In this document: in pieces, positions 10,001-17,945 of the stretch
How positions within the stretch are numbered: position 1 is the first letter of the stretch
Layout of the letters: each line of letters opens with the position of its first letter
From: Candidatus Latescibacterota bacterium
GTDB lineage: Bacteria > Latescibacterota > UBA2968 > UBA8231
Reading direction: 5' to 3'
DNA: 64,000 nucleotides
NCBI GenBank assembly: GCA_964291625.2
Contig: OZ220089.1
Span: 1,280,001 to 1,344,000, forward strand
The notes under the pieces: generated by a model
The model's input: only the letters and a program-made list of their open reading frames with translations
Database searches by the model: none
Told to the model about the DNA's origin: nothing
Made by a program: the position numbers and the translations under genes

Positions 10001-11324
10001 TCGTGTGCATGTCCGCTCCGAAGGGATCCGAGATCAAGTCCAGCCATGGGAACAGCGTGGAGTTGGTGACCTGTATGGACGTAGCCCCACCGGACGTCTG
10101 GGTCAGGGCGTTGGCGATGGACCGTTGGTCTGCCGGGATCAACCTTCTATGCCGGTTGATGTGGGGGTCGCTGCCATTGTAGTCCTCCTTCCACAGGAGG
10201 AGGCCCGGGGGTTCATCCCACTTGAACCATTGGATGTACTTGCCGAAGGAAGTGACAGGGCGGAACTCAAGATACAGCGTTGTGGCCCCGTGACCATAGA
10301 TGTAGTGGTAGTTTCCGGGGGAAGGCAGGATGATCTGGCTTTGGGTCGAGGAGGTGATCTCGGTATGGGTGCCCCACCCAAGTTCCTTCATGTAGAACGG
10401 GTTGAACGGATTCGGGCAGGATTGGGACTGGTACATGTAGGCCAAGGTAGCGTCAGACGGGCTGCCGCCTTGCACCACGGGGCCGTCGGCGCCGGACTGC
10501 ATGGAGCACCAGAACATGAAGTTGGCGCTCTGGAGTTGGTCAATGGGGTCGCTGGTATACGGGTTGGTGTCTTGCGATGTTCCCAGTCCATGATTCAGGC
10601 CAAGAAGGTGTCCCACTTCGTGGACGTTAGTGCCGATACCCGCAAAGCGGCCAGCATCATCATCACTCCCAAGGCGTTCCCCCATCATGTATTGGGCATA
10701 GGACCGAAGATCCGCACGAGGATGAAGGCCCGTATCCACAGAGGTATATCCTGCATAGATGAAACCCAGTTTGTTGGCGGATCTAATGGCTGCTGTAGAC
10801 TCGTCGTTGGGGAGGTCGTAGTCTTCATGGGTGTCTGGGTACCAAGACGCCGTAGACATGGCAGCTGTCAGCGCAGCGTATGCGTCGTCATACAGTTCGG
10901 TGTGGGATTCATCTTCATAGTGGCTCTTGGTGTTTTGGAGTTCGAGCCACACCGGATATCCATCCTCATCTGAAGGATTCAACACGTCGACTTCCACAGT
11001 GAATCTGTTGCCGGCCAAATAGTGGAAGTAGTCCTTGACGCTGCCGTACAGACTTGGCAGTTCCTCGTCGTCGGCTACCGTATGGTCATCCGTCGGACCA
11101 AATCCCTCGCTGCCCTCGCCGAAGAGACGCTCGAAGTCTTCCATCGTGTAGGCGTCATTCCCAGGTTCAGCAGGATTTCCCGACCAACCATGTGGAGGTG
11201 TGTCACTGAACCGGACCAGCGCGATATAGAGATTGGTGTTGGCATCGAAGTAGTCCGACTGTGCATCAGGCGGGATGGGCAAGAGACAGGAGACGACGGC
11301 GAAGAACCTTGAGACTCGGATCAT
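4050..11324 (-). CDS. Giant secreted M6 (immune inhibitor A-like) metalloprotease with cadherin-like, Ig-like and FN3 repeats and FlgD/T9SS-like C-terminal domain
   Basis: Signal peptide MIRVSRFFAVV; YGSVKDYF and HEVGHLLGLNH; APDYE/APDFE cadherin motifs; FN3 (VTGL..T.Y.F.VRA.N); terminal APNPFN...SGIYLYRL...KMVMLR; ATG overlaps upstream TGA. Confidence 0.85.
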   Translation of the reverse strand: MIRVSRFFAVVSCLLPIPPDAQSDYFDANTNLYIALVRFSDTPPHGWSGNPAEPGNDAYTMEDFERLFGEGSEGFGPTDDHTVADDEELPSLYGSVKDYFHYLAGNRFTVEVDVLNPSDEDGYPVWLELQNTKSHYEDESHTELYDDAYAALTAAMSTASWYPDTHEDYDLPNDESTAAIRSANKLGFIYAGYTSVDTGLHPRADLRSYAQYMMGERLGSDDDAGRFAGIGTNVHEVGHLLGLNHGLGTSQDTNPYTSDPIDQLQSANFMFWCSMQSGADGPVVQGGSPSDATLAYMYQSQSCPNPFNPFYMKELGWGTHTEITSSTQSQIILPSPGNYHYIYGHGATTLYLEFRPVTSFGKYIQWFKWDEPPGLLLWKEDYNGSDPHINRHRRLIPADQRSIANALTQTSGGATSIQVTNSTLFPWLDLISDPFGADMHTSNPNGLRTTIATMKYYQDNPGSLPTNLSLRDPAHRRTPDWASDASHFLKRNIGSTTTEDAPTYLAVRNIHIVRVEESGHAVANVYKNYLGGDLVASVELSGDIYVGDDVVIGADEVLTIADNSTVYFLNPKSPDTNSRSDFVVEDEGRLAIGQGVTFRSTQEEYTNDDGDRVKGGIESHGLIVKAGGRATIDGLTLYEGTHTMKGEIEINGDISVGDGSITVDADRPAATLVVDPGSEWVVASKSDASNSGSHTDRVEVFVQNGSSMTLNGTTMGPESPTNEAVWRGLVVKGNLKFVNGATFKSGSLCMFKSGGKVLYNGTVSFENCGMVTGPNAKSLREDDDSVLQIGTYNRYSQTPTTGTWSLEGKDADDFVLSGSRVLSFDDAPDYEKPTDRNSEGESNCVSNRPPGDSRCDNIYEVRVLYAVETRTLLVKWSQDVLVTVTDYPEPTAPTAPTIEPDAEAWTDLKGAVRLKIGPETDIASIEWRIYYLDSDGLKVWNPGFANGRWRSQSIPASLYSAFRDLGRLIDWDLYPSRTYGVEGRVRDPDMYSDPFTYRRTTGPPIAITVSGTTEPFYYSDWEDRTIGTYSASDSDGDAVTSVKWSIENRTERDVAQHLKISRSGVLTWSSGPPSVGQAWESYQFRAVASSRIHTTSKLDASFSYRRNSTGTVSLTFSKPPRMSTEMTAGLTEGDPYRNLKWSWHRIDADDDADVEVIHDGEAEGATLKATHTPGLSDVGHKIRVTAHYDDDHSTGVEAELVTVAVEAARTDPTDGTLTLSLAEGTELPRVNFRINAELEDPDVPLSDHDWTWERVTVAGVFVKTVKRGGMHYTPKVEDIGYRIRAEVTYTDLHAPGETASATTDVPVVPDNRPGPPNGSINLTNVDPPRADQEIAAEVEDEDGVRNVNWTWVVFTPPTEDGTARQADDPNHGPTFTPGSNDVGKKIRVTALYDDKHSTGISLTKETEVVQAAISPPEPSNTDPHISGDSSVRVDEGFTGILDTYIGSDEDLGDEVSWLVMTGTDAALFDLADPDDDDDTDRRVSRTLSFDSAPDFEHKATYNVKLRVSDRHDARDTKAVTVHLNNLDEAGSIRFPDIPKTCVDGIRATLTDPDGGISFADPPPDKTYGWQWRIQDSPPEGGDAPAPVSVEEVYEPKNRDAGKTLHVTAKYEDAQGPLKTAAGSSITIEANVPRKPTALTATTGQNRVRLSWTAADDCGKALTRYEYRYRRQGTSSWTTKLLRNGSATSLTVTGLAHETTYDFELRASNRSDDDEGYGARTSVSATTPPEANVGPVLTEVTRRDVREATEVIAGVYRGTDANGDAITWSLLGEDRSSFDLADVEGHSDRRRLEFRTTPNYEVKSTYDVDIKITEVTSEQLSDTIERTVNVLNGPDPGSISFSPASPQACRNVTAILTDEDGGITMRGEDEPDDFEYGFFWEKESASQAASVSQPSGQTLAGSKDLDGTWAGKRIRVTAKYGDNYSDRNEAEARSVGVRSDVPKRPPGFTADSSDDERGTIALSWKAPDNCGETIDYYQYSYKKDSETEWVRDTTTNRSVTLTGLDDDTDYDVSVRAHNNDGFGSSASTSATTIEPVNTPGTLTIDPRTPQAGTGFTLTVTDPDGVSLTSFGWNDVDASDTESSSRAQSERSNSSSLDFSTPTLAVGKRIKGFVDYTDAFGPGQYASVLSNVVVAGVPTVPRSVDASRGDEEVTLGWEAPGDDRGSKITGYDYNYKIDGGSWLSTDENTSSTSVTITGLTNGSLYHFRVRARNPVGTSGYVTDTATPAGVPDAPSGFSHGRSSATSVTVSWDEPEDNGADITGYFWYKRQGPMWSAPIWVTHTEFTDDNSLNTRSHRYGFRAKNPVGESSMSEYTVPAEERSAGSKPVADWADSVGFGVMAAPNPFNAETMITLSLPEEMAVTLTVHSITGQMIAKLHESEMLKAGVHTIRWRGRDEQGRFSGSGIYLYRLIGGSQVRVGKMVMLR

Positions 11325-12151
11325 CGGTAGGTGCCTCCTTTTACCTGACCCCATGAAGATTTGTTGGTGGCACCTGTGCCGTGGTCGTGCCGCATCAGGC
11401 CTTCGTTGTTATTGGCTTCATTGCGACTTATCTCTCTATACGCATCTCCGGAGTCGGAAGATCTTGATTCACTTCCTCTTCCGTCCCTACTAGTGGGGGG
11501 CTCAAGCAACCGTGCTTCTTCAGAACTAAGGTTGTTGATGAACGACGAGTAATCAGATTCGAGGTCAACGGTCTCGAGAACAGTCCACATGCCATATCCG
11601 CGGAGGAAGGATACATAGCGAGAGTACTCGGGATTGGATATATCCTGCATTGAGGATCCATAGAAGCGGAAAGAGGATTTGTACACTGCCTTCGTAGAAA
11701 GCCAATCCGTGCGAGTCACTTCCGTGTCGCCCTCGGCGTTCGATGGATCGACCGCATATGTTTCCTTCACGCCTTCATCTACTACCGATATCTCCTCAAA
11801 CCTGAATAGCGGATACTCCGAGGTACCGTCATATACCATGAGGGAGTCCCCGTCCCACCGGACCTTCCTGCCAAAGAGGGAGTGAGGGGGAGCAGGGTTC
11901 GGATCCGGGTAGAAGTCGTTGAAGACGTAGTACGTCTTTCCCTCAATCACTTGGGTGCTCGTGATGCGAAGGGTCACAGTTCGGTTTTCTCGGACTGCTT
12001 CCGATGCTGCTCGATGGTCGAGATTCTCATGGTATGAGTATCTGTACTTCCATGAGTTGCCGACGTTCAGAGGCAAGTAGTCCGAGAGATCGGAGTACGC
12101 GGGAGCCGCGACGGCGCATGCGGTGAGCACTGCCAGGACAAGGTGAGTCAT
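11321..12151 (-). CDS. Secreted hypothetical protein, paralog C (YLPLNVGNSW; C-terminal SSWGQVK)
   Basis: Signal peptide, AAGGAG RBS, paralogs at 13654..14493 and 15397..16222. Confidence 0.85.
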   Translation of the reverse strand: MTHLVLAVLTACAVAAPAYSDLSDYLPLNVGNSWKYRYSYHENLDHRAASEAVRENRTVTLRITSTQVIEGKTYYVFNDFYPDPNPAPPHSLFGRKVRWDGDSLMVYDGTSEYPLFRFEEISVVDEGVKETYAVDPSNAEGDTEVTRTDWLSTKAVYKSSFRFYGSSMQDISNPEYSRYVSFLRGYGMWTVLETVDLESDYSSFINNLSSEEARLLEPPTSRDGRGSESRSSDSGDAYREISRNEANNNEGLMRHDHGTGATNKSSWGQVKGGTYR

Positions 12152-12200
12152 GGTTGGTCTCCTTCCAATGGGATGAGTCTGCACAGCGGGATATCGGGAT

Positions 12201-13560
12201 GTAACCGTTCAGTCCCCTACGGTTGCGTCCACATGTTGAAAAGTCGCTGTTCTGATTTGGCCTTTGTGGGTATCTTGGGACCGGTTGTTGGCACAGCGTC
12301 CTCCTCCGGGCAAAGCCGTGGAGAGTCCCCCTCAGATTTCGGTGTCCGACCGCGATGGCAGCGCACGCCGCGGGCCGTGCAGGAGTTGGTGGTCCGCTTG
12401 GGGGAGCGGGTGGCGCACCTGGAGCAGGTCGTGGAGCAACAGGCCGCCCGCCTCTCGGCCCTGGAGCAGGAACTGGCCCGCCGCCAGGGCCGAGGCCGCC
12501 GCGGCGCCCAGGCCTCGGCCTCCTCGGACCCCAGCGACCGCCCCCGCCGGCGGCGATCCTCGGGACGTTCGCCGGGCGGCCAGCCGGGGCACGAAGGCCA
12601 GGGCCGATCGTTGATGCCGGCCGAGCGCGTGGATCAGTGGATCCCGGTCAAGCCCCGCGCCTGCCACCGATGCGGGCAGGGGCTCACGGGCGAGGTCCCC
12701 CATCCGCGGCGTCACCAGCAGGTCGTAATCCCGCCGGTGCGAGCCGAGGTCCTCGAGTATCAGTTGCACACGCTGCGTTGTCCGGCCTGCGACGGGCTGA
12801 CCGAAGCCGACGGGCCCGCGGGGGTGTCCCGGCGCACCTTCGGGCCCAGCGTGCAGGCCTGGGTCAGCCTGTTGGCCGGCGCGTATCGCTTGAGTCATCG
12901 CAACATCGTGGCCCTGTTGGCCGACGCCTTTGGCGTCGAGCTGTCGGTGGGCACGGTCAGCTCGTTGCAGCAAGAGGTGTCGGCGGCGCTGGCCGCGCCG
13001 GTGCAAGAAGCCGGCGCCTACGTTCGCCAACAGCCCCGAGTCAACATGGACGAGACGGGCTGGCGGCAGCGCCGCGCCCGGGCCTGGTTGTGGACCGCGG
13101 TGACAGAGGGCGTCTCGGTCTTCGCCATTCGCCCCAGCCGCGGCCGGGAGGTGGTCGAGGAGTTGCTCGGCGCCGACAGCCCGACGGTGGTCGGCTCGGA
13201 TCGCTACTCGGCCTACGGGCATCGGCCGCCGACGCGCCGGCAAGTGTGCTGGGCCCACCTGCGACGCACCTTCGAGGACTTCTCGGCCCGCGCCGGCCCG
13301 GCCGCCGACGTCGGCCAGCAGTTGCTGGAATCCACCGATCAGATGTTTGCCGGGTGGCATCGAGTGCGCGACGGCACCCTGCAACGCTCCAGCTTCCAGG
13401 TCTATGTCAGCACTCTGCGTGGGCGCGTTCGTCTGGCCTTGTGGTTTGGGCAGCAGTTCGCCGATGCCTCGACCGCGGCCACCTGCGCCAACCTCCTCGA
13501 CTTGGAGCCGGCGCTGTGGACCTTCGCCCGCCGGGAAGGCGTGGAGCCGACGAACAACGA
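12201..13560 (+). mobile_element. IS66-family element (single-ORF type), right end deleted
   Basis: Left end GTAACCGTTCAG at 12201; transposase GGQPGHEG, CHRCG/CPAC zinc finger, MDETGW, SDRYSAY, QVCWAHL, EPTNN then abruptly stops; frameshift near 12355. Confidence 0.9.
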
Positions 13561-13657
13561 GGTTGGTGTTAGCGGCGTAGGTCTCATTCAACTGGGCACC
13601 CGCGGGAATACACCAAAGTGCGATACTGGCGACAAGGAAACCTGGCCATCGACTCAC
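13561..13657 (-). pseudogene. N-terminal stub of M6 protease paralog B
   Basis: MSRWPGFLVASIALWCIPAGAQLNETYAANTNL matches QSDYFDANTNLY of the giant protease; GTG overlaps upstream TGA; cut by IS66. Confidence 0.8.
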
Positions 13658-14493
13658 CGGTAGGCTCCTCTCTCCTTAATGAGGCCCCACGAAGAGGAGG
13701 AAGTTCCTGTCGTGTGGTTGTGCAACATCAAGCCTTCTGTTCCTGCGTCATACCTGCGACCGTAGTCTATTTCCAGGTAAGCGTCCTCCTCATCAGAAGG
13801 CCCCGACGAGTGAGATGTGTCCTCCTCCTGTTCAGACGAGGGGTATCGAAGACGCGCTGCCTCCGGGTACAAGGAGTGAGTAAACGATTCATAGTCGTTC
13901 CCACTGTACTCAACCCACTCTCCGGATATGGCCATTCCGAATCCGCGAAGAAAGGTGACATGGCGCGTGTATTCAGGATTGTGTATGTCCCTAAAGGACG
14001 AACCAAGAAACCAGAAGACGTTGGTATGGAATCCCGTAGGCCCACTAAGCCGGGCATGTCGGTTCACTGACGTGTCGTCATCGACTGACGGATCAAGAGA
14101 GTACGTCTCCCAAACCGATTGTTCTGGTACCGATGCCTCCGTGAATCTGTATAGCGGGTACTCGGAGGTGCCGGCGTGCACCATGAGGGAGTCACCTTGC
14201 CAGCGAACCTTCTTTCCGAATAGCGTGTGAGCAGGAGCGGGGCGGGTCCCTGACATTTCGTTAAAGACAAAGTATGTCTTCCCGTCGATTTCCCGCGTAC
14301 GGGAGATGCCGAGAGTCACGGTCTGGACTTCATGGACTGCCTCTGATGCGCTTCGGCTGCCGAGTTTTTCGTAGTAGAGATGCGTATACGTCCACCGGTT
14401 GCCGACATTCAGCGGCAAGAAGTCGGACAGGTCCGAGAGCACGGGAGCCATGGTGGTCCCTACGATCAGCAACGCAAAGATGATGCGAGCCAT
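13654..14493 (-). CDS. Secreted hypothetical protein, paralog B (FLPLNVGNRW; C-terminal SSWGLIK)
   Basis: Signal peptide, same RBS context, full-length homology to paralogs A and C. Confidence 0.85.
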   Translation of the reverse strand: MARIIFALLIVGTTMAPVLSDLSDFLPLNVGNRWTYTHLYYEKLGSRSASEAVHEVQTVTLGISRTREIDGKTYFVFNEMSGTRPAPAHTLFGKKVRWQGDSLMVHAGTSEYPLYRFTEASVPEQSVWETYSLDPSVDDDTSVNRHARLSGPTGFHTNVFWFLGSSFRDIHNPEYTRHVTFLRGFGMAISGEWVEYSGNDYESFTHSLYPEAARLRYPSSEQEEDTSHSSGPSDEEDAYLEIDYGRRYDAGTEGLMLHNHTTGTSSSSWGLIKERGAYR

Positions 14494-14612
14494 GGTTGGT
14501 CTCCTTCCAATGGCACGAGTGTGCAGGACGGGATGTCGGGGGTATCGGCTCAGTAGGCTCACTTCGGATTCAGGCCCACCACAGATCACACAGAGCCCTG
14601 CTCCTGGAATCA
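14494..14612 (-). pseudogene. 3' remnant of the lipoprotein peptidase of cassette B
   Basis: Nucleotide similarity to 16223-16330 (ggcccaccacag, cttcggat, ctccttccaatgg). Confidence 0.6.
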
Positions 14613-14642
14613 TCGATGAGGTTCCCTTTCCTTTTTTCCGGG

Positions 14643-15113
14643 GTAGAGTCGGGATGTGGCGCGGTAGTGTAGGCCCGGCCTATCTGTTTCCAGCCCTTTC
14701 GTCCGCCGGTGCCTCAATAGCCGGACGCTGCCCCGTTTCCACACCCCGCTCATCGAACCGGACGTGCGGATTGCCCGCATCCGGCTCTCGGACGAGATCA
14801 TGCCTTCGCCCACGGAAAACCGGTCGTGCGCGGTACAAGGCGGGTGAGCCCACAGTCGTGCCAGAGACGCTCGTCCGAGAATCGCACGTGGTTTCCGGTC
14901 CTCACCTTGTGCTTCCGACACAGCCACTGGCGCAACCGTCGGGTCCCGTGCCGGTCCACGGCGGCATAGGCCGGGCTGACCTGACCCAGAATGAAGTAGT
15001 TCGTCCACCCGGCCAAGAGCCGGTTGAGGCGGCCTACGAGCATCTCCGGGGACAGCCATCCGGACCTCCGCGCGGTCAGCTCCCTGAGCCGGCGGCAGAG
15101 GCTTTGGACGCTC
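14643..15113 (-). mobile_element. Group II intron 3' remnant (maturase X/thumb, domains V and VI)
   Basis: GRLNRLLAGWTNYF...RRLRQWLCRKHK; DV gagccggatgcgggcaatccgcacgtccggttcgatgagcgg; 3' end ccgactctac at 14643. Confidence 0.88.
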
Positions 15114-15397
15114 GTACCGTACAGATTCGGCAGTTCCTCGTCGTCGGCGACCGTATGATCATCTGTCGGCCCAAAGCCCTCCGTACCCTCTCCAAAGAGC
15201 CGCTCGAAGTCCTCCATCGTGTAGGCATCGTCTCCGGCCTCGGCAGGAGTGCCGGACCATCCGTGAGGCGATGATCCAGCGAAGTCGATCAGTGCGATGT
15301 AAAGGTTGGTGTTGGCCGCGTAGGTTCGGTCCAACTGTGAACTGGCAGAGGTGCAAGCAGACAAGACGAGGAGGGAGACGGCCGCGAAGCGGATCAT
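14798..15397 (-). pseudogene. Chimeric ORF: M6 protease paralog A N-terminus fused in frame to group II maturase C-terminus
   Basis: First ~95 aa match the giant protease (DAYTMEDFERLFGEG.EGFGPTDDHTVADDEELP); remainder is maturase-like. Confidence 0.85.
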
Positions 15398-16222
15398 CAG
15401 TTCATCTCCCTTTCCTTTATCCGGCCCCAGGAAGACGAGGACGTATCTGTGGTGTGTTCGTGCAACATCAACCCCTCACCGTCGGGCGTCATAGTATTCG
15501 ATCTCCCTGTAGGTGCCCGACTCGGAAGACCCGGATGAAGATCTCGACTCTTCATCCTCATGGGAGGAAGGCTCAAGCAACCGGGCCGCCTTAGGTTCCA
15601 GTATATTGATGAACGACGAGTAGTCATCCCCTGGGTCAACGAACTCTCCAGACAGGGCCATGCCGTATCCGCGAAGGAATTTTACATACCGGCGGTATTC
15701 GGGATTCTCTACGTCCATCATGGATGAACCGTAGAATCGGAAGGTGACATGGTAAGTGCCATTGTAGCCGGAGAGCCAATCGCTGCGGGCCACTTCTGTG
15801 TCGCCTTCGGCCTTCAATGGATCAACGGAGTACCTTTCCTCGATCCATTCATCTACTTCGGAGATCTCCGCAAACCTGAACAGCGGATAGTCAGAGGTGC
15901 CGTCATGCACCATGAGGGAGTCCCCCTCCCACCGTACTTTCTTGCCGAACAAGGTGTGCGGAGGAGCGTCACGCGTTCCTGGGAAGTCGGTGAAGACGTA
16001 GTAGGTTTCTCCGTCGATGACCTGCGTACGGGAGATCCGAAGGGTGACGGGTTGGGATTCCTGCACTGCGTCCGTTGGCGCTCGGCGGTTGAGGTTTTCA
16101 TAGTACCCATGGGAGTACGTCCATGAGTTGCCGACGTTCAGAGGCAAGTAGTCCGAGAGATCGGAGTACGCGGGAGCCGCGACGGCGCATGCGGTGAGCA
16201 CTGCCAGGATAAGGTGAGTCAT
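15397..16222 (-). pseudogene. Secreted hypothetical protein, paralog A, frameshifted near 15481
   Basis: Main frame stops at 15476; EGLMLHEH...SSWGRIKEREMN tail continues in another frame to 15397. Confidence 0.8.
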
Positions 16223-17463
16223 GGTTGGTCTCCTTCCAATGGTATGAGTCTGCACAGCGGGATATCGAACTGGAGAGGCGCGGTAGGCTTGCTTCGGATG
16301 TAGGCCCACCACAGGGTATAGGGCTCTGCTTGTGAGTAGTCCACCTCGTACCCGATGTCCTCCAAGGCGCCGAGGCTGACAACGCTGATCTTCGTCTTGC
16401 GCCCATAGTTGGCCGAGGACATGACCTCAGGTCCGAAGACGTCGGATCTCCAGTGTCGGCTCGTTGGGCCTTGCAAGGGCACCTTCTTGCCGGGGTAGGG
16501 ACCTCCCCCTACTTCATCGAAACGCTTGATCGCCTCGGGGCCGGTGAAGTGCGGATCGTCGTCCATCACAGAGAGTCTTCGGAACTTGCGGCCGTAGGAG
16601 ACACCGATCACATGGCCCATCTCGTGCAGAAAACACCCGAGACAGCCATTCGCTTCGGTCCTCCCAGGTCTCCTTGTTCCTCGATACGCTCAGGGCGTAG
16701 GTGCTGATCAGTATCTTTCCCACCAGCGGGAAGTCATCCGGTCTGTACTTGGTGTGCCCGCCGCTCCCCAGGCCTTGATTTGTCTGTACGGGACACTCTC
16801 CACAATGACGACGATATCGTCTACGACGCCGTCCAGACGAACGCCATCCAGGACGAGGGGGTCTCCCGACAAGTCGAAATCAGGGAGGTCGCTTGTCACC
16901 ATCTTCTCCCACCTGGCGGTATCCCTTCGGAAGAGTTCGATCTCCTCTTCCGTGAACCCATGGCCCTCCTTGAAGATCAACTCGATCTGAAACCGCTCCT
17001 TGGCGTAGTCGATGCGCTCCCCGATCCGGTAGGGATTGTGCTCCCGTACTCCGGCGACGTAGAGGTATTCCCCGAGGTGCCGGAGATCCACCCAGTCGGT
17101 GTCTCCGTCCCGGTCGATGTCGAGGATGTCCATGTCGTAGTAACTGGCCATGAAGTCGTATCGCGTCAGGTAGTGCCACAGGACCGTCAGGTCCCATGAG
17201 GTGACCCGGCCGTTCCGGGTCACGTCCCCGAGCAGGATCTCCTCCTCGTCGTCCTGAGCCGCCTTGGGGGCGGGCTCCGGCGCGAATTGCTCCGCCGGCA
17301 GGACGATCCCCCGCTGCGCGAACCAGGCCACCAGGGCGGCGTAGGAGGAAGCCCTGTCATCTGGCTCCGTCGGCTGGGCGGGAGGATCCGTGCAGGAGGA
17401 GGAGAGGAGAGTCATCGCGAGGAGAAGGACGGACCGGGTCCGGGAGAGCACGGAGCGCACCAT
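16219..17463 (-). pseudogene. Lipoprotein with dockerin-like domain and zincin (leishmanolysin-like) peptidase, two frameshifts
   Basis: Lipobox-like SSSC; GDVTRNGRVTSWDL...DIDRDGDTDWVDL; LHEMGHVIG at ~16603-16629; RHWR...EVMS...SLGALEDIGYEVD; frame changes near 16740 and 16630. Confidence 0.75.
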
Positions 17464-17945
17464 CGAGCGGGCTGTAGATCGCCTGGGGGCGAGCCAGGGC
17501 CCCATGGTCATGCCCCTGACCGATCCTCCCGAGGCTGAGGTGGTGCGCAGACCGTCCCGCGATCTCGAACGCCGTTGGGACGAGGTCAGGCCGTCGTAGG
17601 AGCGGTGGTGTGACTGGGGCCGGGGGGTGCCTGGCTCTTTTCTGGACGCCAAGGTTGGCTCTCTTCCGTTGTTGCTGTGGCCTGGTGGCTCGGTCGCGAG
17701 CGCGAACTCGGGACCAGATCTGGCGTTCACCCCCCTCGTACTACTGGGCAGGACGGCCATGCCGGGGGATCCGCGCCACCGGGTTCAGGACCTCACTTTC
17801 CAGCGATCCCGTGTGTTGCTAATATACCCTCTGGTTCGTGACCCGTGGGTGACATCTGGGGAATTCTTTGCGACTTCTTCGTGACTCCCCGCCGGTGGAT
17901 CCGATCGGTTTCCGCGACTGAGCGCCAAGCCAGGGAGCACCCGAC

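Noticed and set aside
14643-15113. Diversity-generating retroelement or retron
   Set aside because: Only the maturase thumb and DV/DVI remain, with no YADD RT core; paralog differences are not adenine-specific TR/VR changes
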